Below, piece by piece: positions 36,350-48,602 of a stretch of DNA of 64,000 bases. Position numbers and translations under genes: made by a program. The stretch spans positions 4,528,001 through 4,592,000 of the forward strand of contig CM075994.1 of the NCBI GenBank assembly GCA_038087875.1, in the 5' to 3' direction. The notes under the pieces were generated by a model that searched no databases, was not told the origin of the DNA, and saw nothing but the letters and a program-made list of their open reading frames with translations. Positions within the stretch are counted from its first letter, which is position 1. Each line of letters begins with the position of its first letter. The DNA comes from Malacoraja senta (Eukaryota).

Positions 36350-38115
36350 TAATTATGGGGAACAAGGAAATGGCGGATGAGTTGAACAGGTACTTTGGAT
36401 CTGTCTTCACTAAGGAGGACACAAACAATCTTCCTGATATAGTAGTGGCCAGAGGATCTGGGGTGACGGAGGAACTGAAGGAAATCCACTTTAGGCAGGA
36501 AATGGTGTTGGATAGACTGATGGGACTGAAGGCTGATAAATCCCCAGGGCCTGATGGTCTGCATCAGAGGGTACTCAAGGAAGTGGCTCTAGAAATCGTG
36601 GATGCATTGGTGATAATTTTCCAATGTTCTATAGACTCAGGATCAGTTCCTGTGGATTGGAGGGTAGCTAATGTTATCCCACTTTAAATAAAAGGCGGGA
36701 GAGAGAAAACAGGGAATTATAGACCAGTTAGCCTGACATCGATGGTGGGGAAGATGCTGGAGTCAATTATAAAAGATGAAATAGCCGCACATTTGGATAG
36801 CAGTAACAGGATCGGTCCGAGTCAGCATGGATTTACGAAGGGAAAATCATGCTTGACTAATCTTCTGGAATTTTTTGAAGATGTAACTAGGAAAATGGAC
36901 AAGGGAGAGCCAGTGGATGTAGTGTACCTGGACTTTCAGAAAGCATTTGATAAGGTCCCACATAGGAGATTAGTTGGCAAAATTAGGGCACATGGTATTC
37001 GGGGTAGAGTGCTGACATGGATAGTAAATGGGTTGGCAGACAGGAAACAAAGAGTAGGGATTAACGGGTCCCTTTCAGAATGGCAGGCAGTGACTAGCGG
37101 GGTACCGCAAGGCTCGGTGCTGGGACCGCAGCTATTTACAATATACATCAATGATTTGGATGAAGGGATTCAAAGTAACATTAGCAAATTTGCAGATGAC
37201 ACAAAGCTGGGTGGCAGTGTGAACTGTGAGGAGGATGCTATGAGAATGCAGGGTGACTTGGACAGGTTGGGGGAGTGGGCAGATGCATGGCAGATTAAGT
37301 TTAATGTGGATAAATGTGAGGTTATCCACTTTGGTAGCAAAAACAGGAAGGCAGATTACTATCTAAATGGTGTCAAGTTGGGAAAAGGGGAAGTACAACG
37401 GGATCTGGGGGTCCTTGTTCAGTTTATGAAAGTAAGCATGCAGGTACAGCAGGCAGTGAAGAAAGCGAATGGCATGTTGGCCTTTATAACAAGAGGAGTC
37501 GAATATAGGAGCAAAGAGGTCCTTCTGCAGTTGTACAGAGCCCTAGTGAGACCACACCTGGAGTATTGTGTGCAGTTTTCGTCCCCTAATTTGAGGAAGG
37601 ACATTCTTGCTATTGAGGGAGTGCAACGTAGGTTTACAAGGTTAATTCCCGGGATGGCGGGACTGTCTTATGCTGAGAGAATGGAGCGGCTGGGCCTGTA
37701 CACTCTGGAGTTTAGAAGGATGAGAGGAGATCTCATTGAAACATATAAGATTGTTAAGGGCTTGGACACGCTCGAGGCAGGAAACGTGTTCCCGATGTTG
37801 GGGGAGTCCAGAACCAGGGGCCACAGTTTAAGAATAAAGAGTAAGCCATTTAGAACGGAGACGAGGAAACACTTTTTGTCACAGAGAGTGGTGAGTGTGG
37901 AGTTCTCTGCCTCAGAGGGCGGTGGAGGCAGGTTCTCTGGATGCTTTCAAGAGAGAGCTAGACAGGGCTCTTAAAAATAGCGGAGTCAGGGGATATGAGG
38001 GGAAGGCAGGAACGGGGTACTGATTGGGGATGGTCAGCCATGATCACATTAAATGGCGGTGCTGGCTCTAAGGGCCGAATGGCCTACTCCTGCGTCTATT
38101 GTCTATTGTCTATTG
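36350..38115 (+). mobile_element. 5'-truncated CR1 of a second subfamily, (CTATTGT)n tail
   Basis: RT ORFs 36355-36687 and 36742-37974; tail CTATTGTCTATTGTCTATTG. Confidence 0.95.
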
Positions 38116-39239
38116 ACTCTAATCCTTGGAGCGCAGGAGGATCTTTTTGAGATGGAAACAATCCTGAGAGGAACAGGTCGGGATGACGCACAGAGTCTCT
38201 TGCCAAGAGTAGGGTAATCAAGAATCAGAGGACAAATGTTTTAGGTGAGGTTGGAAATATTCAACAGGAACCTTAGGGGTAACGTTTTCACACAAAGGGT
38301 GGTGGGTGTATGGAATGAGCTGCTGGAGGAGGTAGTTGAGGCAGGTACTATCGCAACGTTTAAGAAGCATTTAGACAGGTACTTGGATAGGACAGATTTA
38401 GAGATATGGGCCAAACCCAGGTAGTGTAGGTCGGTTCAAAAATCTATTGGTTGTTGGGTAAGGAGCTGTTCCTGAACGTGGTTCTGTTGCATTTCAAGCT
38501 CAGGTGCAGAGGGTAGAGCTGCAGCCTCACCGCGTCAGAATCCCAGACACGAACCTGAGCTCAAATGCTGTCTGTGTGGAGTGTGCATGTTCTCCCCGCG
38601 ACGACATGAAGTTTAGACTTTCGACTTGAGAGATACAGCGCAGTAACAAGCACTTTGGCCCACAATTCCGCATGGACCAGCGATTGTCCCGTACACAAGC
38701 ACTATCCCACACACCACAGTCATAGAGTGATACAGTGTTGAAACGGCCCCTTTGGCCAAACCTACCCACACCGACCAACATGTCCCAGCTACACTAGTCT
38801 CATGTGCCTGTGTTTGGACCACACCTCCCCAAACCTGTCCTATCCATGTACATGCTAACTGTTTCTTAAACGCTGTGGTCGTCCCAGCCTCAACTATCTC
38901 CTTTGGCAGCTTGTTCCATACACCCACCACCCTTTGTTTTGAAAAAGTTACCCCTCAGATTCCAATTACATATTTTCCTCTTCGCCTTAAACATATGTCC
39001 TCTGGTCCTCGAGTCACCTACTCTGGGCAACGTCCAAACTCCGCACTGACAGCACACGTAGTCAGGATTGAACAGGGATCTCTTGCGCTGTGAGGCTGCA
39101 GATCGACCGCAGCGCCACCGTGCTACCCCAATGGGAGGTTTCTCCCACCCATCTAAAGACCGGGGACGATTTTCAGTTCACGGTTAACTGACGAACCCGT
39201 GTGGCGCTGGAATTTGGGAGGAAATCGGTGAACTACACT

Positions 39240-39890
39240 CGTTGGGGTTTGGGGTCAGGGTCGTGGGTCAGGGGTTTCAGGTAAGGACGTGGGACGGGAA
39301 GAGGTTACCATGTCGGGTCAGGGTTTGGATGGGATTTGGGGTCAGGGGTTTGAGGTTAAGGTGTGGGATGGGGAGAGGGTCACCATGTAGGTCAGGGGTC
39401 TGGGATGGGGTCAGGGTTTAGATGGGGTTTGAGGTCAGGGGTTGCGATTTGGGGTCAGGGGTTTGAGATTTGGCGTCAGGGATTTGGGGTCAGGGGTGTC
39501 GGTCGGGTTTTGGGTCAGGGGTTTATGTCAGGGTGTGAGATGGAGAGAAGGTCATCAGTTGGGTCAGGCCGCAAACTGGGTCAGGGTCAGGGGTGTGGGT
39601 CAGGGTTGTGTGTCAGGGATGGGGAGACGGTCACGATGTGGGTCAGGATTCAAGGTGTGGGTCAGGGGATTGGGTTAAGGGGTGTGGGGTTTGGGGTCAT
39701 GGTGTGGTATGGGGAGACGGTTACCATGTGGATCGGGTTCAGGGTTTGGATGGGATTTGTGGTCAGGGGTTTGGGGTCAGATGTGTAGGGTCAGGGGTTT
39801 AGCGTTAGCGGTGTGGGACAGGGGTTTGGGGTTAGGGGTGTGGGACAGGGGTTTGGGGTTAGGGGTGTGGGACAGAGGTTTGGGGTTGGA
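39240..39890 (+). repeat. G-rich degenerate (GGGGTCAGGGGTTT) minisatellite
   Basis: Dense G3-G4 runs, ending in about three copies of a ~27 bp unit TGTGGGACAGGGGTTTGGGGTTAGGGG. Confidence 0.85.
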
Positions 39891-40368
39891 ACAAAACTGC
39901 GCACAATACTCCAGGTGCTATCTCACCAGGGCCCTGAACAACTGCATTAGGACATCCTTGCTCCAAACGTCAAATCCTCGTCATTAGCTGGGGGCTAGGA
40001 CGGTGGATGTGGAGGAGGGGGTAAAGACGGCTGGAGGAAGGGGGGAAAGACGGATCGCCAGAGATTACGGCAAGAAGGCAGGAGAATTGGGTTAGTAGGG
40101 GGAGATAGAACAGCCATGATTGAATGGCGGAGTAGACTTAATGGGCTGAATGGCCTAAATATTCTCCTATCACATGAACATGACGGCTGGAGGGGAGGGG
40201 AGAGACCGCGAGGGGAGAGGGTTGGAAGACAGGGAAGAGGTGAGAGATGGCTGGAGGAGAAGTGTCCAGAGACGGAGTCACGGCGGCTGGGGGTGGACAA
40301 TAAGACAGGGAGCCATTCTGTACACTGTCTCCCTCGTGTCCCGGTCCTCTCCTCCTTCTAGAGCTGCG

Positions 40369-40492
40369 ATGGCTGACTCGTGGTTTGAATCCAACCGCGA
40401 TTTCTGCCCGGAGTGTGGAACCATCTTGCCGCTGCCGGGCCTGGAGGAGCACGTGGCGTGTCGCAAGTGTGGCTTCCAGATCAGCGTCCACG
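40369..40492 (+). CDS. polr1h: First coding exon of RNA polymerase I subunit RPA12 (ZNRD1), N-terminal zinc ribbon
   Basis: MADSWFESNRDFCPECGTILPLPGLEEHVACRKCGFQISVH matches the RPA12 pattern DFCxxCGxxLPLPG...VxCxxCGFxIxV. Pyrimidine-rich acceptor ending at 40361, donor G|GTCAGT, phase 1. Confidence 0.9.
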
Positions 40493-41469
40493 GTCAGTGT
40501 ACGAGAGGCTGTGGGCCAAGTGTGGCATGAAGCTCCTGTGAGGTTATGTGGAGAAGGCAGGAGAGTGGGGTTGAGAGGGAAAGATAGATCCTGCCCTCAG
40601 GCGCCGTCAGTGTGTGTGTGGAGTTTGTACGTTCCCCCAGTGACCGCATGGGTTTCCTCTGGGTGCTCCGCTTTCCTCCCACGTTCCAAAGACGCGCAGG
40701 TTTGTAGGTTGAAGATAAACACAAAAAGCTGGAGTAACTCAGTGGGTCAGACAGCATTTCTGGAGAAAAGGAATAGGTGATGTTTCAGTCCGAGACCTTT
40801 CTTCGAAAGTTGTGACGAGAGAGAGAAAAACGATGGTATTTTTTGCACTTGCACTCTATACCGTTTGTTAACAGCTGTTTTTTTTAAACTTCAAGATAGA
40901 CACGAAATGCTGGAGTAACTCAGCGGGACAGGCAGTCACCTCTGGAAAGAAGGAATGGATGACGTTTCTGGTCGAGACCCTTCTTCAGACCTCATCGCCC
41001 CCCTCCCCTTCTCTCTGAACCCCCCCCCCCCATCATAATACATATGTAGTTCCTTCCTACACATTTTTAGCTTCAAGATTGATATCATTGTAGACATCAA
41101 ACGCAGGTTGGATGACCGCCTGCATTTAGTCCATGGATCAACCTGAACTTCTCGTTGCCGGTCACTGTAATTTTCAATCCTACTCCCATTCCGACTTAGT
41201 GGTCCTCTATAACTCGGTAAACGTAGGGAATACATAATAATTTTGTATAGGAAGGAACTGCAGATGCGGGTTTAAAACAAAGATAGACACATAATGCTGG
41301 AGTAACTCAGCGGGACAGGCAGCATCTCTGAAGAGGTGACGCTTTCCTAAATTTCTTTAAAATTAACGTTTGGTTGCAGGTCCACTAAATGTTTCACTTA
41401 ACATTGAGAATCATTTAAAAAAAACGGTCAGTGAGACTTCAGAGACGTGTGGAGCTTCTTGACTGGTTG

Positions 41470-41935
41470 AAGTTAGGCGGCGGGCGCTAGGATCCGGGTG
41501 AGCACAGGGCTGGTCGCGGGAGCGAGCGCGGCTGGTCGGCTCCCATTGAAGCGGATGGTGGTGCGCGGGCACGGGGGAGGCGCAGCGCTGGGACTGGGTC
41601 GGTCGGGCGGCCGCGGGGTCCGCTCGCCGGAGAACGAGAAGAAGTGAAGGCGGACCGGGCAGCGGCAGCTTAGCGCAGCGCAGCAACAGAGCAGAGCCAA
41701 GCGCCTTGTGTCCGAGTCTGTCTGTCTGTCTGTCTGTCTGGGGAGGGGGACTGCGGAGCGGAGGATGTGGGCTGTGAAACATGCCAGCGGCAGCCGAGAG
41801 GTTACTGAGCGAGGGCAATGGGAGAGATCTGCAGACTAGCAAGGACATGCAGATAGGCGTGCTGCTCTTCACATGCCGCCTATTGTTTTCCAAGTGAACA
41901 CAACAAGATGCCGGCGCGGCAGGCGGCACAGACCG
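41470..41935. promoter_or_regulatory. CpG island / 5' region of an unidentified gene
   Basis: Very CpG-dense non-repetitive sequence; donor-like CGG|GTGAGC at 41498; YY1-like CAAGATGCCGGCG at ~41904; followed by (GA)n. Confidence 0.55.
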
Positions 41936-41975
41936 AGATGGGAGAGAGAGAGTGGGGAGGGAGAGAGAGCGGCGA

Positions 41976-42034
<59 letters not shown>

Positions 42035-42190
42035 GAGAGGGAGATAGAGCGGGGAGGGAGAGAGAGTGGCGGGAGAGAGAACGGCGAGGGAGAGAGAACG
42101 GCGAGGGAGTGAGAGCGGTGAGCGGTTCCAGCCCCACTGTGCACTGTTAGAAGGACTTTACACTGTGCAATTGCACTGTGGCACTGTGGT

Positions 42191-42495
42191 GGGCGGCACG
42201 GTGGTGCAGCGGTAGAGTTGCTGCCTCACAGAGCGCCAGAGATCCGGGTTCGATCCTCACTACGGGCGCTGTCTGTACGGAGTTTGTACGTTCTCCACGT
42301 GAAGTGCGTGAGTTTTCAACGTGATCTCCGGTTTCCTCCCACACCCCAAAGACGTTCAGGTTTGTAGGTGAATTGGCTTGGTATCATTGTAAATTATCCC
42401 TAGTGTGTGTAGGATAGTGTTAATTTGCGGGGATCGCTGGTAGGCGCGGACTCGGTGGGCCGACAGGAGTGCTTCCGCGCTGTATCTCTAAAGTC
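42191..42495 (+). mobile_element. tRNA-derived SINE (V-SINE/HE1-like). Related copies at ~35880-36250 (+), 48860-49145 (-), 49280-49560 (-), 50340-50660 (+), 52100-52455 (-) and in TRIM intron 2
   Basis: A box GGTGGTGCAGCGGT, B box GGTTCGATCC, central TCCGGTTTCCTCCCAC motif, CTCTAAA(CTAAA)n tail. Confidence 0.8.
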
Positions 42496-42954
42496 AACTT
42501 CACACTAGTTCCATGTTCGCCCACTTTCTCATCCACTCCCTACACACAGGGGACAATTTAGAGGGCCAATTATGCTCCAACCCCGTACGTCTTTGGGAGA
42601 ACCCGGAGGAAAACCATGCAGACACAGGGAGAACGTGCAAACGTCACATAGACAGCACCCGAGGTCAGAATCGAACGGGTCTCTGGGTGTACAAGTTGCA
42701 CCAATGTGTAGGTTAATTGGCGTCTATAACGTGGATAGAACTAGTGTTCGGGGATCGCTGGTCGGTGCGGACTCGACGGGCCGAAGAGCCTGTTTCCATG
42801 TTGTATCTCTAAAGTAAATAAACTAAATTAAAAGGCTTTGTGGCGAAGGATTGAAATCTAAGACACTGATGTGCTGTCTCCAACATGACTGCCTTCAAAT
42901 AAATGTACAGTATTGTTCAAAAAGGCTACTCTGGGACTTAGTAAGCGATTGATT

Positions 42955-44010
42955 TGACAAGTCAAGAGTCAAGAGAGTTTATTGTCATGTGTCCCAGATA
43001 GGACAATGAAATTCTTGCTTGCTGCAGCACAACAGAATATTGTAAGCATAAATACAGAACAGTTCAGTTCAATATACACATAAATAAACAGATAAAGTGC
43101 AATAGGCTGTTACAGTTCAGAGTCTGTTTGTTGGCGAGTTTGATAGCCTGATGGCTGTGGGGAAGGAACTATTCCTGAACCTGGATGTTACCGATTTCAG
43201 TACTTTCTACCCGATGGTAGCGGAGAGATGAGTGCGTGGCCAGGTTGGTGTGGGTCCTTGATGATGTTGGCAGCCTTTTTGAGGAAGCGACTGCGATAGA
43301 TCCCCTCGATGGCGGGGAGGTCAGAGCCGATGATGGACTTTCTGCAGTCTTTTCCGCTCCTGGACGCTCAAGTTGCCGAACCAAGCCACGATGCAACCAG
43401 CCAGCATGCTCTCTACTGTGCACCTGTAGAAGTTAGAGGGACATACCGACTCTCCGCAATCTTCTCAGGAAGTAGAGGCGCTGATGTGCTTACTTTATAA
43501 TTGCATCAGTGTTCTGGGACCAGGAAAGATCTTCCGAAATGTGCACGCCCAGGAATTTGAAGTTCTTGACCCTTTCCACCATCGTCCCGTTGATATAAAC
43601 GGGATTGTGGGTCCCTATCCTACCCCTTCCAAAGTCCACAATCAGTTCCTTGGTTTTGCTGGTGTTGAGAGCCAGGTTATTGTGCTGGCACCATTTGGTC
43701 AATCGGTCGATATCACTTCTATACTGTGACACGTCCCCATCAGCGATTCGTCCCACAACAGTGGTGTCGTCGGCCAACTTGATGATGGAGTTCGCACTAT
43801 ATCCGGCTACACAGTCATGAGTATAGGGTGAGTACAGCAGGGGGCTGAGCACGCAGCCTTAAGGTGCTCCCGTGCTGATTGTTATCGAGGATGACACATT
43901 TCCACCAATACGGACAGACTGTGGTCTGTGGATGAGGAAGTCGAGGATCCAATTGCAGAGGGATGCGCAGAGACCCAGATCTGAGAGCTTGGAGGGGATA
44001 ATTGTATCAA
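42955..44010 (-). mobile_element. Rex/Babar LINE 3' half
   Basis: STGAP..., LSPLLYSPYTHDC...KLADDTTVVG...NNLALNTSKTKELIVDF; (CTTGA)-type tail at ~42955-42975. Confidence 0.88.
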
Positions 44011-46010
44011 AGTCCCGACACTGAGAATGCAAAGAAAGACATATAATTGTACTAATTGAACAGAGAGGACGCCCTTTGGCCCACAATGTCAAAACCTATA
44101 TGATGCCTACTTGACTTAAGATAGATACAAAAAGCAGGAGTAACTCAGCGGGTCGGGCAGCATCTCTGGAGAAAAGGAATAGGAGACGTTTCAGGTCGGG
44201 ACCCTCCTTCAGACTTAGAGTCAGGGGAAAGGGAACCGAGGGATATAGACGGTGATATCGAGAAATATAGAACAAGTGAATAAAAGATATGCAAAAACGT
44301 AACAATGATAAAGGAGACAGGCCATTGTTAGCTGTGGGCTGGTGAAAACGAGTTACATACAATGGGACTCAACAAGACTGCTTTAAAGCTAGTACAACGA
44401 CTTGGGTGGGGGAGGGATGGAGAGAGAGGGTACTGGAAGTTAGAGAAATTAATATTCATACCACTGAGTTGTATGTGTTACCAGTTCAGAAAGGTCAGTG
44501 TGGGAATGGGAAGAGAAATTAAAGAGTTTGGCAACCGGGAGATTAATTAAACTTAATTTAACCTAATCCCTTCTGTTTGCACATGTTCCATATTCTTCCA
44601 TTCCCTGCACATTCATGCATGTTTCCAAAAGCTTCTTAAACACCACTATTATATCTGCTTTCACCACCACCCCTGGCAGCGCGTTTCAGGCACTTACCCA
44701 CTCTCTGTGTAAAAAAAAATCTTGCCCTGCATATTTTCTTTAAACGTTGCCCCTCTCACCTGAAACCTATGCTCTCTAGTCTTTAACATTTCCAAGTTGG
44801 GGGTAAAAATACTCTGACTGTCTGTCCTCTCTAAGCCTCCCATATTTTCCTAAACATCTTTTAGGTGTCCTCTGGTCCAGAGTAAACAATCCCAGTTTGT
44901 CCACGTTCCCCTTATTCCTAATACCCTCTGATCAAGGCAGCATTCTGGTAAACGTCTTTCTGCATAATCTTCAAAACCTCAGCATCCTTTCTGTAATGGG
45001 GGGCGACCAGAATTGCACACTATACTCCAAATGTGGTCTAACCAAAGTTTTATAAAGCTGTATCATGACAGCCTGAATCTCACACTCAAAGCCCCAAAAG
45101 ATGAAGGCAGGCATATCGTACGGCTTCTTTACCATCCTATCTACAATGTACAGGTCTATGCAAAGCAGTCACAAACAGGTCACCACATTCTTCCTGTTAT
45201 GGGGCAGCCAGAACTGTCTACCACACATATTTTCATGAACAAACTTTACTGATGAAATTAGTTTAATTTAATTTAATTTATGGTCACGTGTACCGAAGTA
45301 CAGTGAAAAGCGTTTTTGTTGCGTGCTATCCTGTCAGTGAAAATGCCTCACATGATTACAATCGACCCATCCACAGTGTACCGATACAGGATAAAGGGAA
45401 GATAGACACAAAGCTGAAGTAACTCAGCGGGACAGGCAGCATCTCTGGAGAGAAGGAATGGGTGAGGTTTCGGGCGAGACCATTCTTCAGACTAATCATA
45501 CCCTCTAATCAAGGCTGCATACTGGTAAACTTCTTTCTACATAATACCCCCAAACCTCTGCACCCTTCCTGTAATTCTGGCGAAATAAAGGATAAAGGGA
45601 ATAACGTTTAGTGCAAGATAAAGTCCAGTAAAGAAGCGTCCTCACCCGAAATGCCACCCATCCTTTTTCTCCAGAGATGCTGCCTGGCCCACTCAGTTAC
45701 TCGAGTACTTTGTGTCAATCTTCTGTACCTCTTGCCAGATGGGAGAGTAAAGAAGAGGGTGTGATCGGGGTGAGACCTATCCTTGATAATGCTGGTGGCC
45801 TTGAGTGAAGTGTCGATTTGGTTTGCGTGGTGCTCTGGGCTGCGTCCACAACTCTCTGCAGTTTATTGCGTACTTGGATGGAGCTGTTCCCAAACCAGGC
45901 TGTGATGCATCCCGATAAAATGCCTTGTGCCTCGCCTGATTAGAAATTAAATCTGCGGCAATTAAGACCAATACTATCTGCAATAACATCTGCTTCTCTC
46001 TGTTTTACAG

Positions 46011-46331
46011 GTTAGGAAGCTGTTTCCTGCTCAGACTGACTTGGCCAAGAGGTTGCTTCTCATGTTCCTCTCCGTGGTCATCCTGCAAGTGTACTTCGCC
46101 ACTGAGGAAGAGCCCGGCCATTCCTCAACAGAGATGGACAGTCCCAGCGCCCTGCCTTGGTACGGCGCCGCACTCATCCCTACTGCATCCGACAGAGCTG
46201 AGACACACTGCATTCTCCATCTCATGGCAAGAAGCCTTTGGAAGCCTCACAACAGCAAGCGGTGTCCCACCAGAGATTCAAGTTCACAAGTTATAGGAGT
46301 AGAATTAGGCCGTTCGGCCCATCGGGTCTAA
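46011..46331 (+). CDS. ier3: Second exon of an immediate early response 3 (IEX-1) homologue; 3' end runs into a CR1 tail from ~46280
   Basis: Strong acceptor TCTCTCTGTTTTACAG, phase 0. VRKLFPAQTDLAKRLLLMFLSVVILQVYFATEEE resembles the IER3 segment [33 protein letters not shown] (recalled, not aligned by tool). Confidence 0.72.
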   Translation, partial: VRKLFPAQTDLAKRLLLMFLSVVILQVYFATEEEPGHSSTEMDSPSALPWYGAALIPTASDRAETHCILHLMARSLWKPHNSKRCPTRDSSSQVIGVELGRSAHRV

Positions 46332-47175
46332 TCCGCCATTCAATCATGTCTTATCCTCCTCATCCCATTTTCCTCCCTTTTCCCCATAACCCTTCACATC
46401 CGTTCTAATCAAGAATGTGTCTATCTTTGCCTTAAAAATATCCACTGACTTGGTCTCCACAGCCCTCTGTGGCAATGTGTTCCACAGATTAGAAACATAG
46501 AAAGATAGAAAATAGGTGCAGGAGTAGGCCCTTCGGCCCTTCGAGCCTGCCGCCATTCAATATGATCATGGCTGATCATGCAACTCAGTATCCTGTACCT
46601 GCCTTCTCTCCATACCCCCTGATACCTTTAGCCACAAGGGCCACATCTAACTCCCTCTTAAATATAGCCAATGTACTGGCCTCAACTACCTTCTGTGGCA
46701 GAGAATTCCAGAGATTCACCACTCTCTGTGTGAAAAATGTGATTAACCACCCTCTGACTAAAGAAGTTCCTCCTCACCTCCTTTCTAAAAGAGCGTCGTA
46801 TAAGTTTGAGGCAGCGACCTCTGGTCCTAGACTCCCACCAGCGGAAACATCCTTTCCACATCCACTCTATCTATGCCTTTCATTATTCTGTATGTTTCAA
46901 TGAGGTGCCCCCTCAACCTTCTAAACTCCAGCGAGTAGAAGCCCAGGGCTGTCAAGCGCTCATCATATGCTAACCCACTAATTCCTGGAATCATTCTTGT
47001 AAACTTCCTCTGGACCCTCTCCAGAGCCAGCACATCCTTCCTCAGATATGGGGTCCAAATTTGCTCACAGTACTCCAAATGTAGCCAGCCCAGCGCCTTA
47101 TAGAGCCTCAGCATTACATCTCTGTTTTTGTATTCCAGTCCACTTGCTATAAATGCTAGCATTGAATTTGCCTTC
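46280..47175 (-). mobile_element. CR1 3' fragment with a second CR1 tail (~46490-46741) nested inside
   Basis: Minus ORF 46827-47201 (LEYC...LEFRRLRG) and two separate 3' UTRs. Confidence 0.85.
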
Positions 47176-47679
47176 CCGGTTGGGTGGGTGGAACAGACCA
47201 CATGTCACATGTACCGAAGGACAGTGACAAGCTGTGGAAAGACAACACATGATTCTAATTGAGGCATTTATAGATACGTGATAAGGGAATAATGTTTAGG
47301 GCAAGGTAGAGCCAGTTAAGCCTGATCCAGGATAGTCCGAGGGTCACCAATGAGGTAGATAGTAGTTCAGGACTGCTTTCTAGTTATGGTAGAATGATTC
47401 CATCCTCCTTAATGTTGTTGCCATTTCCCATGCTCTCCAAACTTGGAGGGACCCCATTTCCTTCACCCCTTCCTCATTTTCAGCCTTTCACAAGATCGAA
47501 TTTTAAAGCTTGTTCATAACATCCAATAGTACTTTAGTTTAATTTAGTTTAGTTTAGAGATACAGCACGGAAACAGGCCCTTCAGCCCACCGAGTCGGCG
47601 CGAACCAGCGATCCCCGCACATTAACACTACCCTACACACACTGGGGACCGTTTACAGTTGTACCAAAGCCAATTATCT

Positions 47680-48374
47680 GTATCTGTGTCTGTGTGTTTC
47701 TGTGTATTGGTGTCTGTCTGTCTGTGTTTATGTGTGCGTGTCTCTGTGCGTGTCTGTGCGTGTCTCTGTCTTTCTGTCTCCCTCTGTCCCCCTGTCTCCC
47801 CCCCGTCTCCCCCTCCTCACTCCCCCTCTCTGTCCCCCTCTCTCTCCCCTCTCTCTCCTCCTCTCTTTCTCCCTCTCTCTCCCCCTCTGTCCCCCCTCTC
47901 TCCCCCTCTCTCTCCCCTCTCACCTCCCCATCTCCCCTTCTCTCTCCCCGTCTCTCCACGTCTCTCTCTCTCTCCTCGTCTCCCTCCCCCGTCTCTCTCT
48001 CCCCGTCTCCCTCTCACGCTCCCCGTCTTTCTCTCTCTCTCCCCGTCTCTCCCTATCTCTCCTCGTCTCTCTCCCCCGTCTCTCTCTCTCTCACCGTCTC
48101 CCTCTTCCCTCCCCGACTCCCTCTCTCTGTCCTCGTCTCCCTGTATCTCTCCCTGTCTCTCTCTCCCCGTCTCTCTTTCTCCCCGTCTCTCTCTCTCTCC
48201 CCGTCTCCCTCTTCCCTCCCCGACTCCCTCTCTGTCCTCGTCTCCCTGTATCTCTCCCCGTCTCTCTCTCTCCCCGTGTCTCTCTCTCCCCGTCTCTCTC
48301 TGTCTCTGCCCCATCTCTCTCTCTCCCCCCGTCTCTCTCTTTCTCCCCGTCTCCCTCTCCCTCTCTCTCTCCCC

Positions 48375-48467
<93 letters not shown>

Positions 48468-48500
48468 CGTCTATTTCTCTCTCACCACGTCTCTCTCTCT
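47680..48500. repeat. CT-rich low complexity with CTCCCCGT units and pure (CT)n
   Basis: Directly visible. Confidence 0.95.
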
Positions 48501-48539
48501 CCGTGAGTGTGTGAGTCTGTGGAAATGATAAATACATAC

Positions 48540-48602
48540 ATAAAGTTCCTCTTGGGGAACCATCTTCGTCGAGAGCAAGGTGGACGTCAAGAACGACGGG
48601 TA
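48540..48602 (-). other. Putative 63-nt frame-preserving exon of an unidentified gene
   Basis: Minus strand: CCCCGCCCCTCGCCAG|TACCCG...CTTTAT|GTATGT; open as YPSFLTSTLLSTKMVPQEELY or PVVLDVHLALDEDGSPRGTL. Confidence 0.3.

Noticed and set aside
42191..42270. tRNA gene
   Set aside because: The A and B boxes belong to a SINE head that continues into the SINE body; there is no proper cloverleaf or terminator.
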